Shown here: one piece after another, positions 21,624 through 31,214 of the stretch
Layout: every line of letters starts with the position of its first letter
How positions within the stretch are numbered: position 1 is the first letter of the stretch
From: an uncultured Spirochaetota bacterium
GTDB lineage: Bacteria > Spirochaetota > Brevinematia > Brevinematales > JAOACQ01
Length of the DNA stretch: 64,000 nt
Assembly (NCBI GenBank): GCA_963783575.1
Contig: CAWAOD010000016.1
Location: forward strand, 192,001 to 256,000
Reading direction: 5' to 3'
Notes under the pieces: generated by a model
What the model was told of the DNA's origin: nothing
The model's input: the letters and a program-made list of their open reading frames with translations, nothing else
Databases searched by the model: none
Made by a program: the position numbers and the translations under genes

Positions 21624-22343
21624 TTATTTTTTTCCATAAGGGCAAACATAAAGGCACATTCCACAAACATCTTTTATTTTAGTGTTTTTTTTCAACTCAT
21701 CAAAATAATTCTGGCATTTAATAAAATCAAGTCTCCGGCTCCTGTCTTCTCCGTCAACATAATTCCGGCCTTTGATTGCGCCAACCGGGCATATTTCCCG
21801 GCATTTGTTGCAATTATTGCATTGCTGGTCCAATGGTTTTCCGGTCGGCTTCAAGGGAGCGTTTGTCAGAAGACTTGTAAATCTGACGCGGGGGCCATGT
21901 TTTTTCGTAATTAAAAGACAATTCTTTCCTATCCATCCCAGGCCGGCTAAATGGGCTATCATTTTATGAGATACCGTGGGTATCGCGTTATCGATATCCG
22001 TTCTTTCGGCGGAAGGAATGGGAAGCGTGCTATAGCCGTTTTTATTTAAATAAGAAGCGATCATAGATGCCGTAATATTCAACCGATTGTTTATTATTTC
22101 ATATGCATGTGTTTTATATTCACATGCAATATCTTTATCATTTCTACCCGGTAAAAAATCTACAATTGTTTTAGGTAAAACAATACCGATACTGATGCCG
22201 TATTTAAAGCCTTTTACAATTTTACCGCCGAATGATTCAATCTCAGCCTGATAATCAGTTAAATCCGCAACGCCAAAATAATCAATAAATTGGGTTTGCA
22301 GTATCTTTTGGATCTTTTTGTTCATTATTTCCCCTTTTTTCAA
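21624..22343 (-). CDS. epoxyqueuosine reductase-like 4Fe-4S protein
   Basis: SHK..A..AGLGWIGKN.LLI...GPRVR, CNNCNKCREICP, CGMCLYVCP. Confidence 0.8.
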   Translation of the reverse strand: MKKGEIMNKKIQKILQTQFIDYFGVADLTDYQAEIESFGGKIVKGFKYGISIGIVLPKTIVDFLPGRNDKDIACEYKTHAYEIINNRLNITASMIASYLNKNGYSTLPIPSAERTDIDNAIPTVSHKMIAHLAGLGWIGKNCLLITKKHGPRVRFTSLLTNAPLKPTGKPLDQQCNNCNKCREICPVGAIKGRNYVDGEDRSRRLDFIKCQNYFDELKKNTKIKDVCGMCLYVCPYGKK

Positions 22344-22553
22344 ATAAGCGAAAGTATTCTATATTTTTGCATCAAAATACCCGGGATACAACTCCTTAAA
22401 TTTTAATTCTGAATGTAAAATAATACAATTATTCAATTTTATAAGATTTATTCATATCAGAATATGGACTTTATTCGGAGCGCGCTCTAAACTTAACATT
22501 ATAATTCCAGAAATCCGGTAAAAATTCTACCGGCGAAAAAAAGGCGGTATTTA

Positions 22554-23999
22554 ATGGAAAATCCTCAAATCGTTCAGGGCGGGATGGGTGTCGGAGTGTC
22601 GAACTGGAAACTAGCGCGGGAAGTTTCCCTTACCGGCAATATTGGGGTTGTTGCAGGAACTGCTATGGATGTAATTATTGCCAGGCGGCTTCAGGACGGC
22701 GATCTCGATGGATCGATACGTCGCGCGCTGGCTCACTTTCCCGATCCTGAAATTGCGGGAAGAATCCTTGCGGAATATTATGTGGAAGGCGGAATTAAAC
22801 AAAAAAACTGTTATAAACAAGTGCCTATGTTTACCATAAATCCTCTTAAGCAACTTATCGAGCTAACAATCGCGGCGAATTTCGCCGAAATTTACCTTGC
22901 CAAAGAAGGCCATAACGGGCTGATCGGCATCAATCTGCTGGGAAAAATCCAGCTTTCCAATGTTTACTCAATTTACGGCGCAATTCTCGCCGGAGTCGAT
23001 TATGTTATAATGGGCGCGGGTATTCCCCTGGAGATTCCGGGAGTACTGGAGCGTCTGTCCCAGAACAATGCTGTTGCCGTTCGGCTGAATGTATTTAACA
23101 GTGGCCCTGACGATAAATTCGAACTGCATTTTAATCCCGGTGAAATTATCCGGGAATCGGCTTTACCGGATTTGTACCGTCCGCGCTTTTTCCCGATCAT
23201 ATCATCAAATGTGCTTGCCGCGACTATGGTTAAACGGGCCAGCGGCAGGATTGACGGCCTTATTTACGAAAGCTATATTGCGGGCGGGCATAATGCACCT
23301 CCTAGAGGAAAACTGGAATTAAGCGATTCGGGCGAACCGGTTTACGGTATTAAAGACGAAGTAGATATTCAGGGTTTAAAGCAATACGGACTTCCTTTTT
23401 ATCTCGCGGGCGGCTACGGCAACCCGGCAAAGCACAGGGAAGCGCTGGAATTGGGAGCGGCGGGGACACAGATCGGGACTCCTTTCGCTTTCTGCGAGGA
23501 ATCAGGCCTTGCCCCGGAAATCAAAAGCAATATTTTACAGGATATTTTAAACGGCGTTTCAAAAGTTTTTACCGATCCGTTCGCGTCGCCGACCGGATTT
23601 CCCTTTAAGGTTCTGAGCCTTATCGATTCGATATCAGAGAAAATCCAGTTCCTGAACAGGCCGAAGATCTGCGACCTGGGATATCTGCGGCAGATCTTTA
23701 AGAAAGATGACGGAACCGTGGGCTACCGCTGCCCTTCCGAACCTGAAAAAGATTACTTGAAAAAGAATCTTAACGGCGATGAAATCATCGGCAGGAAATG
23801 CCTCTGCAACGCTCTTATGGCGAATATCGGCATTCCCAGGCGGCAGAAGTCCGGATACCTTGAAAAGCCGCTCATCACGGCCGGGGATTACCTTAAATCC
23901 GTCGCGAACCTTATCAATTCAGGCAAATTGGCATATACTGCCAGGGATGTGATCAATTATATTTTGAATAAACCGGAAAAGGCGATGGGCATACGGTGA
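22554..23999 (+). CDS. nitronate monooxygenase / FabK-like flavoenzyme
   Basis: IVQGGMGVGVS, MGAGIP, AGGHN, LAGG, GTQIGT, SPTGFPF. Confidence 0.85.
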   Translation: MENPQIVQGGMGVGVSNWKLAREVSLTGNIGVVAGTAMDVIIARRLQDGDLDGSIRRALAHFPDPEIAGRILAEYYVEGGIKQKNCYKQVPMFTINPLKQLIELTIAANFAEIYLAKEGHNGLIGINLLGKIQLSNVYSIYGAILAGVDYVIMGAGIPLEIPGVLERLSQNNAVAVRLNVFNSGPDDKFELHFNPGEIIRESALPDLYRPRFFPIISSNVLAATMVKRASGRIDGLIYESYIAGGHNAPPRGKLELSDSGEPVYGIKDEVDIQGLKQYGLPFYLAGGYGNPAKHREALELGAAGTQIGTPFAFCEESGLAPEIKSNILQDILNGVSKVFTDPFASPTGFPFKVLSLIDSISEKIQFLNRPKICDLGYLRQIFKKDDGTVGYRCPSEPEKDYLKKNLNGDEIIGRKCLCNALMANIGIPRRQKSGYLEKPLITAGDYLKSVANLINSGKLAYTARDVINYILNKPEKAMGIR

Positions 24000-24025
24000 T
24001 TCCGATAATTATTCTTTTGATTTAG

Positions 24026-24424
24026 TCAGCATGTTCCATGGGCTAAAAGAGCAACTTTCTTACCTTTTTTAAAACATTCATTATAAATCCGGCAGGCTGC
24101 GGGGGTTTTTTCTATGATCAGTTTCTTTATTCCTTTTTTAAGAATAAATTCCCTCACCTTATCAGGGCATTCCAGCATTCCGTCGGCTCCTGTCCCAATT
24201 ATCAAAACATCAATTTTATGCTCAAAGATTCCTGTAATCATTGTTTTATCCAGATTATGCCCCTTCCTTTCCTTCCATTTTGACACTTCGGTCCCGATCA
24301 TACGGATATCTTTTCCCTCACCGGTTTTACCCGCGCCGGTCTTGCTGTGCTCCTTACCGCAAACGACAAACTTTCCCCAGGAATAATGCTCTATAGGACC
24401 TTCCGGATCATCGAACATAATCAA
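24026..24424 (-). CDS. Mth938-like domain protein
   Basis: LIIGTG..G, T..AC..YN, C-terminal HGTC. Confidence 0.8.
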   Translation of the reverse strand: MIMFDDPEGPIEHYSWGKFVVCGKEHSKTGAGKTGEGKDIRMIGTEVSKWKERKGHNLDKTMITGIFEHKIDVLIIGTGADGMLECPDKVREFILKKGIKKLIIEKTPAACRIYNECFKKGKKVALLAHGTC

Positions 24425-24427
24425 CCT

Positions 24428-25237
24428 CTATTTTACCGGTGATTTATTGATCGCCGCAAAGCTCTTAGGATTAACACCCGCATATTTTTTGAAGGACTTC
24501 GAAAAATGGCTTTGATCGTAAAATCCAAGATCAAGCGCGACGGCAGTAATCGGTTTTCCAATCCGCAGGTCTTTGAGAGCTTTATTAAGCCTCATCTGGC
24601 GCAGATAGACGTGCGGCGGTATTCCGAAAGCCTGCTTGAACAGCCTTGTAAAATGAAAACGGCTGCAGAAAGCGGCCTGTGAAAGTTCATCCAGTGAAAC
24701 ATTCTCATGGCACTTTTCCCTGATATAATCGCGGATGCCGGCCAATCTGGCATTTTCCAATGAATTACGCCTCAATCTTTGAGATGAATATTTACCGATT
24801 AATCGCTTTATTACCGAATCCAGTTTTTTATTATAATCATCGCGCGAATTATTTAATACTGATAATTGAAACAATTTTTCCAGCTCATGGTACAAAGTTT
24901 TGTCATGGATGATATTTTTAATAACAGCTTCACAGTTCACGTATGGCGCCGGTATTTTACCGTTAATATATTCCACCGGAATGCTTACAGCCGAATAAGA
25001 CGATCCATTATCTTCGCAGTAATGCGGCTGATCCGGGTTTACTGTAAAAACGCCGCCTTTCCTCAGAATATTCCGCTGTCCATTGATAAAAAATACTCTT
25101 TCACCGCCCGATACTATACCGATGACATAATTTGAATGCGGATGAACCGGAAATCTGTTCCGTACACTTTTCCCATAAACCAGTCCGAATCTTGCATTGA
25201 CGGCTGCAAATTTGAATAAAATCTCATTTTTTTTCAT
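24428..25237 (-). CDS. AraC family transcriptional regulator
   Basis: HPH cupin-type N-terminus; SRFHFTRLFK, GFYDQSHFSKSFKK. Confidence 0.9.
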   Translation of the reverse strand: MKKNEILFKFAAVNARFGLVYGKSVRNRFPVHPHSNYVIGIVSGGERVFFINGQRNILRKGGVFTVNPDQPHYCEDNGSSYSAVSIPVEYINGKIPAPYVNCEAVIKNIIHDKTLYHELEKLFQLSVLNNSRDDYNKKLDSVIKRLIGKYSSQRLRRNSLENARLAGIRDYIREKCHENVSLDELSQAAFCSRFHFTRLFKQAFGIPPHVYLRQMRLNKALKDLRIGKPITAVALDLGFYDQSHFSKSFKKYAGVNPKSFAAINKSPVK

Positions 25238-25243
25238 ATCATA

Positions 25244-25621
25244 TTATAGTAATGAAGGCGTAAATTTTGCAAGCAGCAGCAGGCCTTTTTTCCCGGCAAT
25301 CACTTTGTGGGGCTTATTCTCGGGAATCAGCGCTATACTTCCCGCCCTGTAAGAAATTGATTCCTTCTCAATTTGACAGATTCCATCACCATCAATGACT
25401 TCATGCACCTCAAATTTCCCCTCATGAATATGTTCCCCGATTTCGCACTCCGGATCAATTTTAACCAGATGGCAGCTAATTTTCCCATTTGTTTCCGCCC
25501 CCTGTATCAAATGTTTTAAAAACACTCCTTTAAATATGGAATGCGGGTTCCATGGCAAATCTTCAGTAATAAGTCTTTTCCCATTGGTAAAGATTTTGCC
25601 GCTCTCAAATTGCTCAATCAT
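25244..25621 (-). CDS. cupin domain protein
   Basis: HIHE..E.H motif 1 and P....H motif 2. Confidence 0.85.
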   Translation of the reverse strand: MIEQFESGKIFTNGKRLITEDLPWNPHSIFKGVFLKHLIQGAETNGKISCHLVKIDPECEIGEHIHEGKFEVHEVIDGDGICQIEKESISYRAGSIALIPENKPHKVIAGKKGLLLLAKFTPSLL

Positions 25622-25917
25622 AAATTCCTCCCGATATTTATAATTATTTTATATCTGAAGAATATAAAAATATTGTAAAAAATTGCTTTTTTTTCACAAA
25701 CAGGATATTTTAATAATTCAAAAGTGATAATTTTTTCCGGTAAAAATAATTTACCTTTCTAAGGGTTTTCCCTGATGACGAGATTCGACAAATTATATAT
25801 AATTTTATAATATAAAGAATAGAAGGCGGTAATATTTTTCAATTTTTCACCGCTTAAAAATGAAATATAAATTATCTTTAATTAGATATTTATTATAGGA
25901 GGTGGTATGATAAAAAA

Positions 25918-26082
25918 GGTTGAAAAATAAAAGAGCCCGCATCAAAATAGATGAGGGCTCTGAATAGGACAAAGATCGAATCAATTTGTGGGGATAAACC
26001 CCGTTAGGAGTATGATCGAATCCTTGTCCGAACCACCATTTTGAGGATAAACCTCGTATTGGAGTATGGTAATTTTTCAACC
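25918..26082 (+). ncRNA. candidate bridge RNA of IS110 #1
   Basis: closing stem GGTTGAAAAAT/ATTTTTCAACC, 5' hairpin and two similar internal-loop hairpins; lies downstream of a junction-formed promoter. Confidence 0.65.
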
Positions 26083-26138
26083 GGATTAATATACCACTAA
26101 AAGATTCAGGCCTCCCAAATAAATTAGGGAGGAAAACG

Positions 26139-27149
26139 ATGGACGCAAAAAAGTGGATCGGAATTGATATCCACAAAAAGCAAATTACCGTTTGCATTAT
26201 TATAGAAAACGGTAAAAAATCAATCAAGCAATATGAGAGAAATGAAAAAGAATTAGCGGAATTTGAGAAAGAGATTGACAAAGAAACGATAATCGGGATT
26301 GAATCGACAAACTGGACATGGGATTTAATCAAACGGTTAAAAGATAAAGCAAAGGATGCGGTTATTTTCAATACTATTGATTTAAAAAGATTAATGGATC
26401 GATTTAAAAAAACAAACAAGGAAGATGCAGAAAGAATGGCGATTATATTACAAAGATTTGAAAAAGAAGAGCTAAGTACCTGTCAGATAAGAAGCGACGA
26501 AGACGCTGAAATAAGAGGATTATTATCTGTGAGGGAAGAAATGGTTAGCAATAAGAAAAGCTATAAGACAAAGATAATAGCGATGATGGAGTATTGGGGG
26601 ATTAAAACCGGAGACAAAATGTTCAACAATTTTGAAAAGAACACAAACTGGGTCAAAGAACAAAACATACCTGAGAGTATAAAGAGAGCCGTAATCCAGA
26701 TGTATGTTATGTTAGAAAATCTCAAAGAAGACATTAAGGTACTGGATAAAGAAACAGAAGCCTTAAGCATAAAGAGACCCGGATATAATGAGATTAAAGA
26801 ATTAACGGGAATAGGCACAACAACCGGCGCATACATCATAACGAAGGTAGGCAATATAGACCGCTTTAGTACCTCAAAAAAATTTGTATCATATATGGGA
26901 TTAGCACCAAGAGTTAGTGAAAGTGACGGAAAAGGAACAAATGGTCAAATTACACGAAAAGTAGACGGTGCTTTTTTAAGGGTCATAGTACAAGCAGCCT
27001 GGGTTCGTGTGAGATATGATAAAGAAATGAAATCGTTTTATGAGAATATTCGAACAAGAAGAGGAAAACAAAAAGCGATCATTGCAGTAGCGAGAAAAAT
27101 TATTGTGGAAGTATATTATAAGTTGTTGAATCTGAAATCTGAGGCTTGA
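26139..27149 (+). CDS. IS110 family (DEDD) recombinase/transposase
   Basis: GIDIHK, IGIEST, KTNKEDA, GIG, F...KKFVSYMGLAP..ESDG, AVARK. Confidence 0.92.
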   Translation: MDAKKWIGIDIHKKQITVCIIIENGKKSIKQYERNEKELAEFEKEIDKETIIGIESTNWTWDLIKRLKDKAKDAVIFNTIDLKRLMDRFKKTNKEDAERMAIILQRFEKEELSTCQIRSDEDAEIRGLLSVREEMVSNKKSYKTKIIAMMEYWGIKTGDKMFNNFEKNTNWVKEQNIPESIKRAVIQMYVMLENLKEDIKVLDKETEALSIKRPGYNEIKELTGIGTTTGAYIITKVGNIDRFSTSKKFVSYMGLAPRVSESDGKGTNGQITRKVDGAFLRVIVQAAWVRVRYDKEMKSFYENIRTRRGKQKAIIAVARKIIVEVYYKLLNLKSEA

Positions 27150-27188
27150 ATCTTAAAATAAAACTTGACAAATTACATAGGAGGAAAT

Positions 27189-27644
27189 ATGAATCTTAAA
27201 AACGTTTTTGAAGGTACAATTGTTTTGCTTTCTACTTTGATCATTTTATCCGGATGCAACCTTTCCAGCCAGTCTTCATCATCAAGCTCAAGCGCGAAAC
27301 TGCTGTCTACATGGAACGGAACATACCATCATCATGACGGTTCCACAGGTTCTATTTCAATAAAACTATATGATGACAACACAGCTTCTGTTACCGCGGC
27401 CAACGGCAATCAAACCGCAAGCGGTTCCGGGAATTATACGCTCAGCGGAACCACATTCACCGTTACAATAAACGGAACGGCAAATAATCCCGGAGCTTCA
27501 CCCGCATCTTCAGGATTTAGCGATAATGTTACCGGTACTCTTGGTGCCAGCACCGGATCGGGTTCATATAATATTACTTATAACAATTCCGGGTGGAACA
27601 GCACGGCCGGCGGAAGCGGAACCTGGAGCGCAACCAAACAATAA
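27189..27644 (+). CDS. Ser/Gly/Thr-rich lipoprotein
   Basis: GGAGG RBS + ATG 27189; lipobox LSGC followed by poly-Ser linker. Confidence 0.8.
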   Translation: MNLKNVFEGTIVLLSTLIILSGCNLSSQSSSSSSSAKLLSTWNGTYHHHDGSTGSISIKLYDDNTASVTAANGNQTASGSGNYTLSGTTFTVTINGTANNPGASPASSGFSDNVTGTLGASTGSGSYNITYNNSGWNSTAGGSGTWSATKQ

Positions 27645-27855
27645 TAATAAACTGAATTAAGGATTTAACCGGGATATAATGCTGCCGCCCAGCCATCAGT
27701 CAAAAAATTGTTTCTTATTTACCTGTTAGGTTGAAATTATCAAAAGACTCAAAAATGTTATCATTATTTTTTCCCACTCGAAAACAAAAAAAATCATCCA
27801 TTGATTTTGATTATTCTTTTTCTCCAATAAATTATTTTTTATCCATTGTGATAAG

Positions 27856-28066
27856 TGCCGCCCGAGAGGGCGGGTTATTGACGGGAAGAACGTTGCGAAA
27901 GAATGTGACTTTTGCGGCCCTCCGTAACTCGCATCCCTGCTTCGGACAGATCTGCGGGCACGCCGGCGTCCTGCCGGCTCGCAAAAGTAACATTCTTTCT
28001 CCGCTGTGCTTTCCCGTGAATCTTTGCGCAATCATTACGCTGCCGAACTTTCGTTCGGCCGGATAT
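27856..28066. repeat. GC-rich palindromic intergenic element
   Basis: nested inverted repeats GAAAGAATGTGACTTTTGCG/CGCAAAAGTAACATTCTTTC, GCCGGC-GTCCT-GCCGGC, GCCGAAC-TTTC-GTTCGGC. Confidence 0.55.
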
Positions 28067-28280
28067 TTATATTTGGGTGGATATCATGGCGCAGTCCTTA
28101 CGCCCGAGGTTACTTGGCTTCACTCCTGATTGAAAGTATTCCATTATGACCAATAATAATCTGAAATTGCCGGTTCTTTTTGTTTTTTGGCCGGCTGTTC
28201 TAAATTATTCTTTGATAGAAAATCACAATAGTACCCAAGTTGCGATGTTATGATAAAATGAGGAAATAAAAAAAGAAATT

Positions 28281-28309
28281 TTGACAGGTGAGGGAGATGG
28301 TATTAAACT
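28281..28309 (+). promoter_or_regulatory. internal promoter of IS110 #2 non-coding end
   Basis: TTGACA-17 nt-TAAACT. Confidence 0.6.
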
Positions 28310-28520
28310 CTGCCCGGATATACTCAAGATGGGTATAAAAAGGCAGAAGAAGGCTGGCTGCTCCCCTGGGATATAACGGGATTCTTTTTGAGAATACCGA
28401 ATAAAGCCCGAAGCTGCGAATAGTCCAGCCTTCTTCCTTACCAACATTATGGGACCGGAGCAAAGCTCCTGAACCCGAATAGACGGATGGCTGCCATTAC
28501 TCAGCCCGTCAAGGTGACTT
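28310..28520 (+). ncRNA. candidate bridge/seek RNA of IS110 #2
   Basis: long stem GAAGAAGGCTGG/CCAGCCTTCTTC enclosing an internal loop with an 8-nt match to the right flank. Confidence 0.6.
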
Positions 28521-28569
28521 TTTTATATTTCTTCTTAAGTATTCTAAAACATAAGAAGGAGAGTGTCAA

Positions 28570-29640
28570 ATGTATTACGGAGTTGATTTGCATTCGGATA
28601 ATCTGAAGGTTGCGATTCTTGGGGATAATGAAACTGAACCGAGGATATTCAGATCGAGCCTTGAACCAAAGTATTTTGAAAAGTTTTTAAACCGGTTAAC
28701 AAAAGATGATTACATCGCAGTAGAAGCATCAACAAACACATTCTGGTTTTATGACCAGGTTAAACCTCTTATCGCAGAATGTTATGTAATCAATCCCGGT
28801 AAATTCCAATTGGTTTCAAACTCAATGGTCAAGACAGATAAGAGGGACGCTATCAGTATTGTAAGAATGCTTAAATATAGTGTAATTACCGGAGAACCTT
28901 TACATACCATTTATATACCTAATTTGGAAGTAAGGGAAATCCGCGGGCTATTTACAACATATAAGCTTTTTAAGACGGATATTGTCAGAATGAAAAACAG
29001 GATTCATTCATTATTAAAGCAGAACGGTTACAAACAGGAACGGGAAAGCCTGAATGTTAAAGGTACAAAAGAACAAATTCTTCAGCTTGATTTAAGCGAA
29101 ACTGTAAAATTTGAGATAAATCTATTGTACAAGCAGATGGAAGAAATGATTAACAGTGCTAATGAAATAAAGAAAGAGATCTTGGTAAAAGGCAAGATAT
29201 TCAAAGAGGAAATAAAATTACTAATGAGTATAAAAGGCATTAGTCCATTTACCGCGATAGGAATAATGTCGGATGTGGCTGATATTAACCGTTTTAACAG
29301 TGTAAAAGACTTTTGTTCTTATCTGAGATCGGCTCCAAAAGTGGATTCCTCGAATAAAATGACGAAAATCGGAAAGCTTAATAAGAAGTCAAGACGTTTA
29401 ACGATGGAGTTATTAATCCAGAGCATTCAACACTTTCGGGATTGTAAGAAATTTAATTATTTTTATGAAAAGAAAAGTAAAGGTAAGTCAAAAGGCAAAG
29501 TCAGGGTTGCATTAGCAAGAAAAGTCATGGTAGCTATTTATCATATGCTTAAAAAGAAAGAGTTGTTTTACTACATTGATAAGAAGTGTTATGAAAGCAA
29601 AATGTGTGAGTACAATAATTTCTTAAAAAAAGCCGCTTAA
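28570..29640 (+). CDS. IS110 family (DEDD) recombinase/transposase
   Basis: GVDLH, VEAS, KTDKRDA, SIKGIS, YLRSAP...SS, VALARK. Confidence 0.92.
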   Translation: MYYGVDLHSDNLKVAILGDNETEPRIFRSSLEPKYFEKFLNRLTKDDYIAVEASTNTFWFYDQVKPLIAECYVINPGKFQLVSNSMVKTDKRDAISIVRMLKYSVITGEPLHTIYIPNLEVREIRGLFTTYKLFKTDIVRMKNRIHSLLKQNGYKQERESLNVKGTKEQILQLDLSETVKFEINLLYKQMEEMINSANEIKKEILVKGKIFKEEIKLLMSIKGISPFTAIGIMSDVADINRFNSVKDFCSYLRSAPKVDSSNKMTKIGKLNKKSRRLTMELLIQSIQHFRDCKKFNYFYEKKSKGKSKGKVRVALARKVMVAIYHMLKKKELFYYIDKKCYESKMCEYNNFLKKAA

Positions 29641-29735
29641 ACTCTTTAGTTTTATCATAGACGGGGAGCAATTTGATTCTTTATCTGAATTAAGATAATT
29701 ATCACGACAATTGTATTAAAATTAATTATAATAAT

Positions 29736-30857
29736 TTATTCTTCTTCAATAGAATTTGTATATTCTTCAGTTCTGATCTCAATACCTTTTTCAAAATAAG
29801 TTTTTTGAATATAAATTTTATTATCATCAGCGGGCAACTCAGGTAATCCTTCTACTTTTTTCCCGGCATACCGGTAATAAATTAATTTATCGCCATTCCA
29901 ATAAGGATCAACTATTGTCTGGTAACCCGAATTAAGTACATGATGCCCTGTTTTAAGATCAAAAGCATTAAGTCCCCTGCCTCCTGCGCTAGTTCCAGTA
30001 TCCAGAAATATATATCGTTTATCATAAGACATCATCATTATTGATGTGTTGTCTTCATTATCAAATCTGAATGCCCATTTCTTATTTTGACAATCAAACA
30101 AACCGAAAACAAATATAGTAACATCAATACCACCTATAGAAACTACCAGATATTTATCTTCATAATTTTGAGTTAATTTTAAATCTTTAAATAATATTTC
30201 ATAGCCTTCCGGTATTGATATTTTTTCTTTATAATAAATTGTTTTGGAATCTCCCGATTTTATGTAAAGTATATTTTCATCTAAGAAAGCTTTTAAATTA
30301 TAGCTTTGATTATCGCCTTCAATTTTATCCTTATTTTCTCCCCATAAAACTATATCGCTGACGGATATATCTTTCCATTTACTTCCATTATTAACTTCAT
30401 CAATTATCATTTTAATCTTTTTTACATTTTTCTGCTCAGTATTAAAGCTGTCAAAGCCTTTAATATCTTTGAAATTCAGTAAAATCGGATTTTTATACTC
30501 ATCATTTATAATTACTGTAGCTTTTTTTATTCTGCTGTTTAAAAAATACAAATCTCCGAAGTGTTTGTCATAATGCTGGAAACCATTGGCAATATTAATA
30601 TTATACAGCTTAATAGGTTCTTTAAGATAAATTTCAATCCAGGGCTTTACGTTACTTTGATATTGAACCTGCCAGCAAGTTGCCAGATCACTATCCAGAA
30701 CATTTTCGGGAACAAAAGAATAATCCGAGTAAGGGCTTAAATAAGAAGAAGCCTTGACATTCTTTATGAGATAATTCACATCTTCAAAATTATTTTTTGT
30801 CTCAGGAAAAATTAAATTTACTGAAAATAATGTTAACAAAACAATCAATCTTTTCAT
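29736..30857 (-). CDS. secreted protein with discoidin-like/NADase-type glycan-binding N-terminal domain
   Basis: signal peptide; ASSYL..Y..ENVLD...TCW, I.NGF...NSRIK, G.KWKD..VSDI. Confidence 0.6.
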   Translation of the reverse strand: MKRLIVLLTLFSVNLIFPETKNNFEDVNYLIKNVKASSYLSPYSDYSFVPENVLDSDLATCWQVQYQSNVKPWIEIYLKEPIKLYNINIANGFQHYDKHFGDLYFLNSRIKKATVIINDEYKNPILLNFKDIKGFDSFNTEQKNVKKIKMIIDEVNNGSKWKDISVSDIVLWGENKDKIEGDNQSYNLKAFLDENILYIKSGDSKTIYYKEKISIPEGYEILFKDLKLTQNYEDKYLVVSIGGIDVTIFVFGLFDCQNKKWAFRFDNEDNTSIMMMSYDKRYIFLDTGTSAGGRGLNAFDLKTGHHVLNSGYQTIVDPYWNGDKLIYYRYAGKKVEGLPELPADDNKIYIQKTYFEKGIEIRTEEYTNSIEEE

Positions 30858-31214
30858 ATGGCCTCTATATTACGTGAAATAGTAATATACGTAAATTTCT
30901 ATTTAATAAATAATATTATCAATACAAAAATTGCTCCTGATATGGCATAAATTAATAGATTTATTCCTTTTGGGCCATACAGAAGTTTGCCTTTCAGAAA
31001 AATTGATATGCCCACAAATATTGATAGTAAAATAATAAAAAACAATCTTATCATTAGCCGCCTTTTAAATAAATATTAGAAATTATTTTTCACTATGTCG
31101 CTGCTCCGAGGTAGACACTTCACATTTATCACTTTTGGGCATTATAATATTCCTTAGTTTTTATCGAAATATACCCTATAGAAGTACAGATCGTAAATAA
31201 AGTATATAGATATT

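Larger units (their letters stand above)
25895..27184 (+). mobile_element. IS110 family element #1
   Basis: ATAGGAGG at both ends (25895-25902, 27177-27184); ~240-nt structured left non-coding end; IS110 transposase. Confidence 0.85.
28228..29660 (+). mobile_element. IS110 family element #2 (left boundary uncertain)
   Basis: subterminal IR TATGATAAAA (28249-28258) / TTTTATCATA (29650-29659); ATAG at both putative ends; structured left non-coding end. Confidence 0.75.

Noticed and set aside
25847..26419. 190-aa minus-strand ORF over the IS110 left end
   Set aside because: It is the antisense shadow of the transposase and structured non-coding end, with no recognisable motifs.
27726..28463. 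Several short ORFs between the IS110 elements
   Set aside because: They overlap palindromic repeats and the IS non-coding end, and lack an RBS or protein-like composition.
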